Source of the DNA: Octopus vulgaris
Lineage: Eukaryota
Assembly (NCBI GenBank): GCA_951406725.2
Contig: OX597820.1
Span: 11,780,001-11,844,000, forward strand
Direction: 5' to 3'
Length of the DNA: 64,000 bases
This document shows, one piece after another, positions 25,899-38,650 of this stretch. Position 1 is the first letter of the stretch. Each line of letters starts with the position of its first letter. Below the pieces are notes generated by a model. That model saw only the letters and a program-made list of their open reading frames with translations, was not told the DNA's origin and searched no databases. A program made the translations under genes and the position numbers.

Positions 25899-26428
25899 AT
25901 CCAGGATTAACCTGCTCACCACAGGTACGAGATCTAAGGACCATAATGATTTCTATTATTGGTACAGTGCCTGAAATTTTGGTGGAGGGGGGTGTTTCGA
26001 TTGGTACTTAATTTATCGACCCCGAAAGGATAAAAAGTAAAGTCGATCTCGGCGGAACTCGAACTTAGAAGGTAAGGACGAGCGAAATGCCGCGAAATAT
26101 TGTGTCCCGTGCGCGGTTAATGAGTGTCATAAGACTGCTGCCATGCTGGAGCAACGCCGTGAAGGCTTTTAGTTGAATAAATTTGGTATTTATTCAACTA
26201 ATCCAGTATTAACCTGCTCACCACAGGTATGAGCTCTAGGACCATAATGGTTTCTATTATTGGTACAGTGCCTGAAATTTTTTTTTTGTGGGGGGTGCTT
26301 CGAGTGGTACTTAATTTATCGACCCCGAAAGGATAAAAAGTAAAGTCGATCTCGGCGGAACTCGAACGTAGAAGGTAAGGACGAGCGAAATGCCGCGAAA
26401 CATTTTGTCCGGTGCGCGGTTAATGAGT
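25899..26428. repeat. 227-bp direct duplication (including a minus-strand SINE-C) with a 75-bp templated spacer
   Basis: 25899-26125 matches 26201-26428; spacer copies 24268-24337. Confidence 0.9.
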
Positions 26429-26726
26429 CTTGTCACCTTGAGAATAATAATATTAAAAGAAAACAAATCTGGAGCAATAAAAATCGAAGACGAGAGAGAA
26501 AAAGGGAATACAATGGGAATGACGAAGCAGTTAATGGCGCACACCCGTACACACTTGGCCACGCACTCTTTAGACGGGTAAAGCTAGTTCATAAAATGAA
26601 TGAATTTCTTTGCTCCTCGGTGGTCTGCAGCGTCGTTCTCGTTTACACGTTTCGGTTTTCAGTTCAGACAGTTCACGTGTAGATTGTCACAGACGTGACG
26701 GAGCAGATTCAGAAAATAAGGGGGAC

Positions 26727-26790
<64 letters not shown>

Positions 26791-26795
<5 letters not shown>

Positions 26796-27040
26796 AACAG
26801 GTAATTTTTACACGATAGAAGAAGCAGTCAAAAACGACCAAAACCACATTTAAGAGCAATTTTCGAATGTGACTTTGGTCGTTTTGACTGCTTCTTCTAG
26901 CGTGTAAAAATTACCTGTCAAAGGCAGTTTTCTCTTGTGTATAAATGTACATTATTTTATATTGAGAATATGTTGGCTATTGACTGTTTATACATGCTAG
27001 GCCACTGGTGGCGAAATTTATAAAAATATTCGCCATCACA
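26791..27040. mobile_element. (TA)n-embedded element with a 60-bp-arm fold-back
   Basis: 26791-26850 is the reverse complement of 26866-26924; TA runs both sides. Confidence 0.8.
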
Positions 27041-27231
27041 TATATATATATATATATATATTTAAAACTTGGCGCCGTAAGTTTGCCTTAAAACTTAATA
27101 CGCACACCCGGTGTTTAGGGTTAGAATTAGAGTTCGTGTTACACCGAAAAAGAGTGGTGTGTGTGTATTCTTTACCTCCGCCTATATAAATTAAGGTGGG
27201 TGATTAGACGCAATTTAAAGCCAAAAAGGAA

Positions 27232-27400
27232 ATAATTCACCGCCTTTAAAATGAGACGAAGGGTGCAGGGAGCACCAGAATTGCTAGAAATAAGAGTCAA
27301 AGGACTCTAGCTTCTGTGGCTAAAGAGTTCTTTAACTCTTATTTTTAGTAATGTTAGCGCTCCTTGCACCTTTCATCACATTTTAGTGACCGTGAATTAT
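27232..27400. repeat. Imperfect fold-back, arms about 78 bp
   Basis: ataattcac..aaataagagtcaaaggactct pairs with agagttctttaactcttattt..gtgaattat. Confidence 0.75.
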
Positions 27401-27418
27401 ATATAGATTGTAGTACCG

Positions 27419-27641
27419 TTGCCAGTACCGTCAGACTGGCCCTTGTGCCGGTGGCACGTAAAAGCACCCACTATACTCTCGGAGTGGTTTGCGTTAGGAA
27501 GGGCATCCAGCTGTAGAAACTTTGCCAGAGCAGACTGGAGCCTGGTGCAGCCATCTGGTTCGTCAGTCCTCAGTCAGATCGTCCAACCCATGCTGGCATG
27601 GAAAGCGGACGTTAAACGATGATGATAGTGATGATGATGAT
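27419..27641 (+). mobile_element. Family D fragment
   Basis: aggaagggcatccagctgtagaaac...ggacgttaaac(gat)n. Confidence 0.85.
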
Positions 27642-28964
27642 ATATAAGTTACAGTTCAGACAAGCGATGATTGGTGGAACTTCGAAGTCACTCTGATAGC
27701 AATGAGTAAATTTGCGAGGGAGGAGAGAGAAGCATGTTGTTAGACCGGAGTAAAAGAGCAATGAATGAATAGAGAGTGGGGGGGGGGGAAGAGTCGTCGG
27801 CAGTCGATGAAATCAGAACTAGTGAAGTACTGAGGATCGATACGATCCATCATACCCTACTCTACCCTGCCCGGAATTTATGATCTTTATTATCAATAAC
27901 ATTAGTATTAATAGTAGTAATACGATATAATACTAGTTAAGCGCAGCCCGCTGGAGCAGGCCGATAGTAACTGGCGTAAAGCCAAATCTGTAATCGATAG
28001 CAGATCGGGTTCTCTAGCAAAGTTCGTCTCTAGTCGGGCCTTTCCTTATGGGGCACGTTGCCCTGAAACATTTCTGTAGCTCATTTTTTTTTTAGCTGTG
28101 GTGGGTGGGAGTTCATAGGAGTGGCTGCTATATTTAAGTAAGGCAAGCACTTGAATCTCTCGCTCCATGTTTGCTGTCGGTGCTGGTAAGCGTTAGCTGT
28201 GTGTTTAAAGTAGAGGGAAGGGCATGGAAGAGTTTCTCTTAGTATAGACGGTGATGGTAAGGGCCGGTGGTGGTGGTGGTGGTGTTAGTGTGTTAGTAGT
28301 GGCAATGGTCATGATTTGATGGTTATTTTAAGAGGAAGTATATAGTAAGGATGGAGCTGCTGGGAGAGAGGGGAATACCGACTAATTATAACCACCTCCG
28401 ACCCTCACAGAACAAACGAACCAGAATTTAAGGCAGGGGGAGTGTAATTATATATATATATATATATACACACGTAAATATTTGGGTGTATATATTATGA
28501 TATGCATACACGCACTCACACACATTACTATACACATACACAGATGTGCGTGAGTATATATATATATATATATATATACAGATTCGTGTGTATATATATA
28601 TATATAGAAAGAGAAAGAGAGAGAGAGAGGGGGAGGGAGGGAGGGAGGGGTGAAGAAAGAACGAGGGGGTTGTGGTAGGGTGGGAGAATGGTGGCTGAGG
28701 AAGTTGGCGTGGGTGTATTGAGGAAAAGAAGGGCTTGAAATAAATGAGGACTGTAATGAAAGGGAGTGTTTCTGTTGTTGTTGTGTGTGTGTGTGTGTGT
28801 GTGTGTGTATGAGTGTGCGTGTGTGTTTGTGTTTATGTACACACCCTTCTGCATACATATGTTGGTGTCTGTGTCTAGAAAATGTGAGAACATGAATGGA
28901 ATGTGCCATGTTTGAGTGGGAACGAGAGTGAGTGAATGGATTAGTGTCTCTATGTGCTGGCTCC

Positions 28965-29010
<46 letters not shown>

Positions 29011-29324
29011 GGAGAGAAATAGATAGATAGATAGAGTGAGAGAGAGGGAGGGAGAAAGACAGAGAAAGAATGTGAGAGGGCGAGAGAATTCCTCTGTTTC
29101 TGTTTGAGAAAGATTGGTAAGAAGTGAGAAAGAAATGTGATTGAGAAATGGTAAATTTCTCTGGCATTTGGTGAGAATCTCTTATATATGGGTCACACTG
29201 TGTCTGGTTGTTGTCGTTGTTGCTTGACCTGGGGGTCAGCCCTGACAGAAAGGGTCTTTTATCAAAGGCATAAAGACATTCCACCCTTCCATGTCTTTTT
29301 TTTTTTTTGTCTTCTTGTATTTCC

Positions 29325-29680
29325 TTCTTTTATTTGTTTCAGTCCCTGGCCTGCGGCCATGCTGGGGTAGGTTTGACTAAAAGCAAAGGCTTTTAGTCAA
29401 ACAAACGGACTGTAGTACCTTTTCTGTCGGTGACTATTTGCCAAATTGCTAAGTTATGGAGATATAAACAAAACGCCACCAGTTGTCAACTGATGTTAGA
29501 AAAACACGTGCACACACACACACACACACATGCACACACATGCACACACACAAATATATGTATACAACGGGATTCAACACAGTTTCCGTCTAACAAATTC
29601 ACTCACAAAGCATTGGTCAAGCAGTGCTATATAGTACAAGACACTTGTCCAAAGTGCTGTATGGTGGGATTGAACCTGAA
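29325..29680 (-). mobile_element. SINE-A, diverged
   Basis: SINE-A landmarks. Confidence 0.7.
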
Positions 29681-30104
29681 ACCTGCTGTTTCATTTGATT
29701 ATTTCAATGTTTTTTGTTCTGGCTTTGTACACCCCTGACTACATCATTCAATGTGTCCTTTATTCCTCTGACACGGTGGAGGGTGATTTTGATAGAGTCT
29801 TGGTTGCTATTTCCAGCGGGTCAAACACCCACACAAACAGCTCCCTTGTTGCTTGTCATTTTGTCTCTAATTCCACCCTCCACCCGGTTTGCTTGTCTAT
29901 TGGAAGAAGAAAGAGAAGAGAAAGATGATGGAGAGGTTTTAAGTGGGAGGATCAATGACAATACTTCTGATTAAACATAATCTGATTTGCTTACGTCATA
30001 AGAATTTAGAAACTTCAAGAGATATGAAATAATTCGTTTTTAACCATGGAACTCAAAAGGAGATAACGGTCATTTTCTTTTTGCAGCCTAATATTTATAT
30101 GCTA

Positions 30105-30578
30105 TTCTTTTTACTTGTTTCAGTCATTTGACAGTGGCCATGCTGGAGCACCGCCTTTAGTTGAGCAAATCAACCCCAGGAGTTATTCTTTGCAAGCCTA
30201 GTACTTATTCTATCGATCATTGCCGAACTGCTATGTTATGAGGACGTAAACACACATTATTCTATCGGTCTCTTTTGCCAAACTGCTAAGTTACAGGGAT
30301 GTAAACATACCAGCATCGGTTGTCAAGTGATGTTGGAGGAACAAACATAGACATACAAACACAAACACACAGACACATATATATACGACAGGCTTCTTTC
30401 AGTTTCCGTCTACCAAATCCACTCACAAGACTTTGGTTGGCCCGAGGCTATAGTAAAAAACACTTGCCCAAGGTGCCATGCAGTGAGACTGAACCCGGAA
30501 CCATGTGGTTGGTAAGTAAGCTACTTACCACACAGCCACTCCTACGCCTATACTTACCACACAGCCACTCCTATGCCT
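30105..30578 (-). mobile_element. SINE-A with internal and 5'-terminal duplications
   Basis: ttattctatc..gtaaaca block twice; tacttaccacacagccactcct twice. Confidence 0.9.
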
Positions 30579-30752
30579 ATATTTATAACTTTATCTACTT
30601 CCAGTTCCGCAACTGAAAACAAATAATCTAATTCATAAATAACCGAATTCCAACTCTGAAACTTTTATTTTTGCAATTTTAATTGTTCTTCTGTATTTTT
30701 AGCTCCATGATAATTTCTCAGTCTCTTAGCATTAACAGGATGGGCTATTTCT

Positions 30753-30912
30753 GATGCTAATTTAGCATGTAGTCTACTACAATATCCATAACCTATACTG
30801 TGAAATGACCTGATCTGGTTTAAGATTAAGATTTAAGCTAGGGCTAGGGTTAGGGTTAGACTGCATGCTAAAGTGTAACTGGTCAAGTAGACTGCACATT
30901 AAAGTAGCATGC
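30753..30912. mobile_element. Small inverted-repeat element with internal TTAGGG-like repeats
   Basis: atgctaatttagcatgtagtctact pairs with agtagactgcacattaaagtagcat; internal agggttagggttag. Confidence 0.45.
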
Positions 30913-30951
30913 TATTATGAATCACCAACATAGAGAAATGTCTTTGGTTAA

Positions 30952-31269
30952 CGCCGAGGTCGACTTTGCCTTTCATCCTTTTGGGGTCGATTAAATAAGT
31001 ACCAGTTATGCACTGGGGTCAATATAATTGACTTAATCCGTTTGTCCTTGTTTGTCCCCTCTGTGTTTAACCCCTTGTGGGTAGTAAAGAAATAGGTATT
31101 TCGTCTGCCACTATGTTCTGAGTTCAAATTCCGCCTAGGTCGACTTTGCCTTTCATTCTTTCGGGGTCGATTAAATAAGTACCAGTTATGCACTATGGTC
31201 GATATAATTGACTTAATCCTTGTTTGCCCTCTCTGTGTTTAGCTCCTTGTGGGTAGTAAAGAAATAGGT
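30952..31269 (+). mobile_element. SINE-C, headless two-unit concatemer
   Basis: Same aagaaatag-gtatttcgtctg junction near 31095. Confidence 0.88.
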
Positions 31270-31400
31270 TAAATGTTTGTAGCAAAATTAAAATCATACT
31301 TTGTATTGCTTTGAATATCGTAGCAGTGTGGTTAAGGACCCAGATTTTCGTAACAGATGTGCAGAAAGGTGCTTATCTTTCATTCTTGTACCTAAAATTA

Positions 31401-31594
31401 AAAGGCAGTGAGCTGGCAGAATTTAGCATGCCAGGCAAAATGCTCAGCAGCATTTTATTTGTCTTCACAGTCCAAGGGTCAAATTCTTCTTGGGGTTGAT
31501 AAAATAAGTACCAGTTGAGCATTTGGGGTTGATGTAATGGACTGGCCCTTTCTCCTGAAGTTTCAGGCTGTGCGCCTATTGTAGAGAGGATTAT
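31401..31594 (+). mobile_element. SINE-C monomer, diverged
   Basis: aaggcagtgagctggcagaat head; gataaaataagtaccagttg. Confidence 0.7.
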
Positions 31595-31627
31595 TGTACC
31601 TAAAATGTTACACTTTTGCTCCCATTA

Positions 31628-31995
31628 GTCGCAGGAGTGGCTGTGTGGTAAGTAGCTTGCTTACCAACCACATGGTTCCGGGTTCAGTCTCACTGCGCGG
31701 CATCTTGGGCAAGTGTCTTCTACTATATACTCAGGCCGGCCAAAGCCTTGTGAGTGGATTTGGTAGACAGAAACTGAAAGAAGCCCATTGTATATATATG
31801 TGTGTGTGTGTGTTTGTCCCTCACCATTGCTTGACAACTGATGTTGGTGTGTTTACATCCCCCTAACTTAGCTGTTTGGCAAAAGAGACTGCTAGAATAA
31901 GTACTAGGCTTACAAAGAATAAGTTCCGAGATCAATTTGTTCAACTAAAGGTGGTGCTCCAGCATGGCCGCAGTCAAATGACTGAAACAAATGAA
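31628..31995 (+). mobile_element. SINE-A
   Basis: Near-consensus. Confidence 0.9.
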
Positions 31996-32728
31996 GGAAA
32001 TAATTTCAGTATTGTTTCCTCTCTGTTCACGTCGGCGCCACCAATTTGTAAAGAACCATTCTTGTTACCTCACATCACATGACCCTTTCCATATTGGCAA
32101 CCCTGATGTGATCCTATTTAGAGCCTCTGATTAGTTATATGTGGCGGGGGAAATCGAGTAAGAGACATTGTGCCAATACCAACCAATCAGAGTAGTGGAC
32201 ACAACAGGATCCAAATAGCGGCCAAAGGCTAGCTGTTCCCTGCTACATTTGAATGCACTTATATGTAATAAATGAGAGAGAGGAATTTCACCTGAGTCTA
32301 TACTACAATACTAACCCACCTGGTACTTCTTTGGGTCCAGTGATACAAACATTGTATTCTAAAGTTGTCCGAATTAAAACCTTTCACAAAAATTTCATGT
32401 TAATTTACGTTAATTTATGTTCCAGACACCAGCTTAATCATTAGTTATTTCATGAAATTTTTCATTATTTTAAAAATTAATTGAAACAAAAGCAGTGTAT
32501 TCCAACAGAAATATGCTAACAAAAGGGCTTAATTACTTACATTCGTCACCATTCTCTGATAACGAGTTTAATTATAGTAATTTACTATTTGTAGATGGCA
32601 CTACTACCGGGTCCATGCTTTCTCTGACTATCAGTCGTGAAGTTCTATAAATATCATTTTTCATTCATTTGTCAATTAAACTCTTTTAAGCATTTATTAT
32701 TCACTAACCCCTTCACATCATGACCCCA

Positions 32729-32897
32729 CAATGTCATAGCTGGAGTGTGTGCTGCCCAGGGAGAACCATTGACTTTGCTCCCCATTTTACAGGCTTATAC
32801 ATCAGACCCAAAAGTGGTGCTCCCCACGCCCTCCTATAAAAGTGTCCCCTGGAGCAGATCCCACTTCTTGCCTGTCTGCCCCCTGGCTACGTAACTG
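32729..32897. mobile_element. hAT-like MITE with 8-bp TSD
   Basis: TIR caatgtcatagctgg / ctggctacgtaactg; TSD tgacccca (32721) and tgaccaca (32898). Confidence 0.7.
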
Positions 32898-32949
32898 TGA
32901 CCACAACAATCAATCACTTCAATATTAAATATTTCATACTTTTAGCATT

Positions 32950-33367
32950 TTGAGTGTGATCGTTACCAGCGTTGCCTTACTGGCACTTATGCCTGTGCTA
33001 GTAGGGTGCCAAGAGCACCATCCGAGCGTGATCGTTGCCAGAGCAGCCAACTAGCTTCCGTACTTGTGGCATGTAAAAGGGCACCATTCGAGCGTGATCA
33101 TTACCAACGTCGCTTCACTGGCACGTGTAAAAAGATTTGAGTGAGGTCATTGCCAGTACCGCCTGACTGGCCCCCATGCCGGTGGCACGTAAAAATCACC
33201 CACTACACTGGTTGGCATTAGTAAGGGCATCCAGCTGTAGAAACTCTGCCAGATCAAGATTGGAGCCTGGTGCAGCCATCTGGTTTGCCAGCCCTCAGTC
33301 AAAATCATCCAACCCATGCTAGCATGGAAAGCGGACGTTAAACAATGATGATGATGATGATGATGAT
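32950..33367 (+). mobile_element. Family D long copy with internal subrepeats
   Basis: Four gagcgtgatcgttgccag-like subunits, then the common 3' end and (GAT)n. Confidence 0.85.
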
Positions 33368-33499
33368 GTTGTGAGGGTTGGTGACAGGAAGTGCATCCAG
33401 CCATAGAAAATCATATATTTTTTTATCTTTTACCTTCTTACTTGTTCCAGTCATTAGCTTGCGGTCATGCTGGAGCATGACACTTTTTAAAATTTTTAG

Positions 33500-33850
33500 T
33501 TGCAAGTGTGGCTGTGTGGTAAGTAGCTTGCTTACCAACCACATGGTTTTGGGTTCAGTCCAACCGTGTGACACCTTGGGCAAGTGTCTTCAACTATTGC
33601 CTCGGGCCAACCAAAGCCTTATGAATGAATTTGGTAGACGGAAACTGTAAGAAGGACAAACAAGGACAGATAAACGGATTAAGTCGATTATATTGACCCC
33701 AGTGCATAACTGGTACTTATTTAATCGACCCCGAAAGGATAAAAGGCAAAGTCGATCTCAGCTGAAATTTGAACTCAGAACGTAACGGCAGACAAAATAT
33801 TGCTAAGTATTTCGCCCGGCGTCCTAACGTTTCTGCCAGTGCATCGCCTT
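33500..33850. mobile_element. SINE-A head half (+, 33500-33650) abutting SINE-C (-, 33654-33850)
   Basis: Similarity to both families. Confidence 0.8.
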
Positions 33851-34389
33851 AATAAAAGAATAAAAGAACCACCTTTAAAACCCTGTCAGCCTCTCTGAAT
33901 CTGAAATGCTGAATCTGTGGCCAAACAACTTTGATGGCATGCTGTGAAAGTGTACAACGTCGTCGTGGTGTTGGAGCGGAAGACGACGAAGCATTGATCT
34001 GGCTGTCATTCACCATCACTGACTCATCTCCTGCTCCTGTTAATTTCTGACTCATTTCGCTCTCCCTTCGTATGACTCTCCCTACGTTTTGCTCTCCGTC
34101 TGTTGATGCTGCAGCTGTAACATGATGCTGCTGATAACGTTTGTTTGCCTTCTTTTCTTTCCTTTCTTTCTTTTGCTGCTGTTGATGGCCACACTGTCGT
34201 CTGTTGCTGCTGCTGTTCTCATTAATACTGCTGCTGTCAGTTCATTTGATGTTCCTCTTGTTTCTCTAGTTGAGGTTGTTGCTCTTGTTGATCAAGTTGA
34301 TGCTGCTGCTGATGATGATGCTGTTGTTGTTGTTGCTGTTCTTTGTTTTGTTATTACTAGTGTCACCTGGGTTGATCTATTGCTACTGT

Positions 34390-34805
34390 TGTTTTTGTTG
34401 TTGGTGGTGATGGTGATGATGATGATGATGTTGATGGTAGTCTTGTTGTTGCTTGTGGTGATGACTATGATGATGGTGGTGATGTTAATGATGATGATGG
34501 TGATGATGTTGATGATGATGGTAACGGTGAGGATGATGATGGTGGTGATGATAATGGTCATGGTGGTGGTGGTGGTGATGATGATGATGATGACGACAAC
34601 AATGATGATGTTGATAAAGATGATGTTGATGGTGGTGGTGGTGATGATGATGATGATCATGGTGATGACGACGATGATGATGATCATCATGATCATGGTG
34701 ACGATCATGGTAACGATGATAACGATGATGACGATCATGGTGTTGATAAAAATGATGTTGATGGTGGTGATGATGATGATGATGATAATGATTGTGGTGG
34801 TGGGT
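34390..34805. repeat. (ATG)/(GTG) trinucleotide tract
   Basis: Directly visible. Confidence 0.95.
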
Positions 34806-34832
34806 GATGGTTCAATAATGTTCAGTGGTTTG

Positions 34833-35060
34833 AAGGTGGCGAGCTGGCAGAATCGTCAAAACACGGGACAAAATGCTCAACAGCAATATTATCCGTCTTT
34901 TTGTTTTGAGTTCAAATTCCACCAAAAGATCGACTTTACCCGTCATCCTTTCAGGGTCGATAAAATAAGTACCAATTGAACACTGGTGTGGGTTGATGTA
35001 AGGAACTAACCCCTCTCCCCTGGAATTGCTGGCCTTGTGTCAAAATTTTGAAACCAATAA
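34833..35060 (+). mobile_element. SINE-C monomer
   Basis: aaggtggcgagctggcagaatcg head; ggccttgtgtcaaaattttgaaacc tail. Confidence 0.8.
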
Positions 35061-35537
35061 TATTTAGTGGGTTTTTTTTTTTTTATATTGTTGCTTTTGT
35101 GGTTGTGACTATGTTGTTGTAGTTCTTGCTGCTGCTGCTGTTGTTGTTGTTAAGCAACAAGACAGGTAAGGGTGATTAGGTGATGGTCTAGGGCTTAGGG
35201 GCAGGAGACCCCAGACCTTGGAAAAAAAAAAAAAACTTTGGTTGTCTTGTTGTAGTCGAGAGCTCTTCGTTGACGCCCGACACCACTGGGAGGTGGCCCT
35301 TGAAGTCGATGGAAATGAAGATCTCCAGGTCCAAATTCTAGAATGGCTGTTGTTACCATTGTTGTTGTAGGCTACTTTTTTTATAAAATGAAAACAGATA
35401 AAGTGTCACCTAGCTTAATACCACTACCTGGTCCTTGGGTGCCTCCAAGGGAGTTATTCTATGGTAAGCATTTCAATCAAGTCCCCTGTCTTGCCTGAAG
35501 ATAACTGATAACTTTACCCCTTCTTCTCATCACTGCT

Positions 35538-35877
35538 GAGGCCCCCTTCGGTCATGACACAGACCATGGGATTGCACCTAGAAAGTTACCCTCCCAGGCA
35601 CAAGTCCGGGCGAGGTTGTTTATGGAAGACTAGCAGTCACCCATGCATGCCGGCCTCCCCTCTCCATGCCACCAATGTTATCCAAGGGAAAGGCAAAGGG
35701 GCCGATATAGCTTGGCACCTGTGATGTTGCAACTTATTTCTACAGCTGAGTGAACTGGAGCAATGTGAAATAAAATTTCTTGCTCAAGAACACAACACGC
35801 AGCCGAGTCCAGGATTTGAACTCACAATCTCATGATCGTAAGCTCGACGCTCTAACCACTGAGCCATGCGCCTTCAC
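35538..35877 (-). mobile_element. SINE family B full length
   Basis: Minus strand gtgaaggcgcatggctcagtggttagagc...gagttcaaatcc head; body matches 165-384; flanks share ttctcatcact. Confidence 0.85.
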
Positions 35878-35934
35878 TTCTCATCACTAAGAGGGTCATA
35901 AACACTACCCACTCTTCTCTGGTCAAGCTGTGGA

Positions 35935-36225
35935 GGTAGCTTCTACTATAGCCTGGGTCAATCGAAGCCTTGCGAGTTGATTTGGTAGATGGAAACTGAA
36001 AGAAGCCTGTTATACATGTGTTTTTGTGTGTGTGTCTGTGTTTGTCCCTCGCTACTACTTGCTAACCGATGTTGGTGTGTTTATGTCCCCGTAACTTAGC
36101 AGTTCAGGAAAAGAGAGCAATGGAATGAGCACCAGGCTAAAAAGAAAGAATAGGGTTGATTCATTTGACTGAAACATTCTTCAAGGCAGTGCCCCAGCAT
36201 GGCCACTTTCTGATGACTCAAACAA
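35935..36225 (+). mobile_element. SINE-A, headless and diverged
   Basis: ttctactatagcc...ggaaactgaaagaagcc...ccagcatggcc. Confidence 0.75.
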
Positions 36226-36309
36226 GGAAAAGTGAAACCAAGTAATGGCAACATGAGACAATGTCTGAATTTGTCAGTATTCTGACTAAGAACTCTGCCA
36301 TTATTATTA

Positions 36310-36910
36310 CTAAAGCAGTCACCATCACCACTGACACCATCACCATCACCATCTCCATCACCATCATCACTACCACCAGCAACACCATCACCATTACCAC
36401 TATCATCACCACCACCAACACTACCATTACCACCATCATCACCGACACCACCACCACACCACCACTACCACACCACCACCACTACCACACCACCACCACC
36501 ACCATCACCACTGACACCATCCCCACCAACACCATCACTATCATCATCAACACAACCACCATCATCACCGACACCTCCACCACAAGACCACCATCACCAC
36601 CAGCACCATCACTATCACCACCACCACCACCAACCCTGAAACGACCTGCAATAATCCCCAAGCTTCACCTCTCAGCTCACTATTTCCACGAATGTCGCGA
36701 TAACCATAAAAACAATTTTTTACCGAAACTAATGCCACCATCATTTACTGTTACCACCACCACCACCACCACCATCATCATCATCGTCGTCATCACCATC
36801 ATCACCGCTACCGATACTACGACTGTCCCAACCACCCTCATCAATACTTATATTTACTGTTAACCACCACCACCACCACCACCACCACCACCACCACCGC
36901 CACTACTACC
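36310..36910. repeat. (CAC)/(CAT) trinucleotide tracts
   Basis: Directly visible. Confidence 0.9.
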
Positions 36911-37497
36911 ATAATCGTTATTAGTATCACCTCTTTGACCTCTCTCTACCCCCCGTAGCCAATACTACGTCTGTTTACATTAGCACTGCTAATGTATAAT
37001 GTTAGTATAACATTATGCTGTATGTAGCAAGCACCCGTCTGCAAATCATCTGCAGTGTTCTGTAGAGGTCTGCTACCCTGTTTTCATGACAAGGGGGTGC
37101 TCCCCAGCTGTCATAATTCTGCATTGCACAACACGTTCATTGTTTTCTGCAGCATCGGTTTGCGTATCCGATGGACTTGCATGCATCGTTCTGCTGAAAG
37201 CAGACCTTTCCCTCTCTCTCTCTCTCTGTCTGTCTCGCTCTCTGTTTCTCTCTCTCGCTCTCGCTCTCTCTCTGTCTGTCTCTGTTTGTCTTACTCTCTC
37301 TCTCTCTCTCTCCCTCGCTTTCTTTCCTTTTCAAATGTGCATACATGCGCATACATGTACACATGCACACACATATGTAAATACACTCACACACACACAC
37401 TCATGGTCATGAATCCGGACGAAATCATACACTCGCGCATTAATGTAGATTTTCACTCATCAGTACACATTCCACATGTGTGTAGTTGTAATCACGC

Positions 37498-37528
<31 letters not shown>

Positions 37529-37879
37529 TGTGTATATGCTCATCCATAAGCACACACAAACACATGCACATACACACATGCACACAAAGATACATGTGTA
37601 TTGCTCATGCATAAGCACACATACACACATGTACACACACATACGCACACATACACACATAGGCACACATACATACATGCATGCACACACACACAAAGCT
37701 ACATGTGTGTGTGCTCATGCATAAGTACACGCATACACACACATGCATGCAGACATACACACACACACAAAGATACATGTGTGTGTGCTCATGCATGTGC
37801 ACACACACACACGCACACATATACACACGCGCACACACACATACACGCATACATGTAAGAAAATATTCATTATCTTTTA

Positions 37880-38280
37880 CTTTCTGCTTCTTTTAGTCAT
37901 TGGACAACGGCCATGCTGGAGCATAGCTCTGAAGAACTTTAGTCCAAAGGCTTGATCCCAGTTAAATTTGTTACTTATTCTATCAGTCTCTTTTGTGAAC
38001 TGTTAAGTTTTGGGGATGTAAACACACCAACACTGGTTGTTTGGTGGTGAAGGAGGTATGACAAACACACACACACATGGATGCACACACGCATGCATGC
38101 ACACACACACACACACGTATGTATATACACACAGTTTCCTTCTATCAAATTCAATCATAGGATGTTAGTCAGCCTTGTACTATGGTAGAAGACACTTGCC
38201 CGAGGTGCTGTGCGATGGGATTGAACCCGGATCCCATGTAGTTGCAAAGCATATTTCTTAACCAGACAGCCATACTTGCC
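37880..38280 (-). mobile_element. SINE-A, diverged
   Basis: SINE-A landmarks. Confidence 0.75.
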
Positions 38281-38454
38281 ATGTCATTTTTGTTTATGAA
38301 ATTTCACACGCAAAGCATCAGTCAATCGGAAGTCTGCTAGAAGACTTCCTGCCCATGGTGCCGTGTGTTGGGACCAAACCGGGAACCATGCCCTTTTTGA
38401 AGTGAATGTTTTCCCCACACAACCTCACTCATTCTTTAATCTTCAAAATATCAA

Positions 38455-38650
38455 GCTGGGCGAAATGCGTATTGGTATTTCATCTGTCTCTACGTTCTGA
38501 GTTCAAATTCCGCCAAGGTCGACTTTGCCTTTCATCCTTTCAGGGTCAATAAATTAAGTACCAGGTACGCACTGGGGTCGATGTAATCGACTTAATCCCT
38601 TTGTCCTTGTTTGTCCCCTCTATGTTTAGCCCCTTGTGGGCAAAAAAAAA
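38455..38650 (+). mobile_element. SINE-C single unit
   Basis: Body and ttagccccttgtggg tail. Confidence 0.85.

Noticed and set aside
28448-29284. 278-aa minus-strand ORF
   Set aside because: Composed largely of GA, CA and TA repeats
34122-34979. 285-aa hydrophobic M/V-rich ORF (also 36261, 41641-42204, 61835-62204)
   Set aside because: Trinucleotide repeat artefacts
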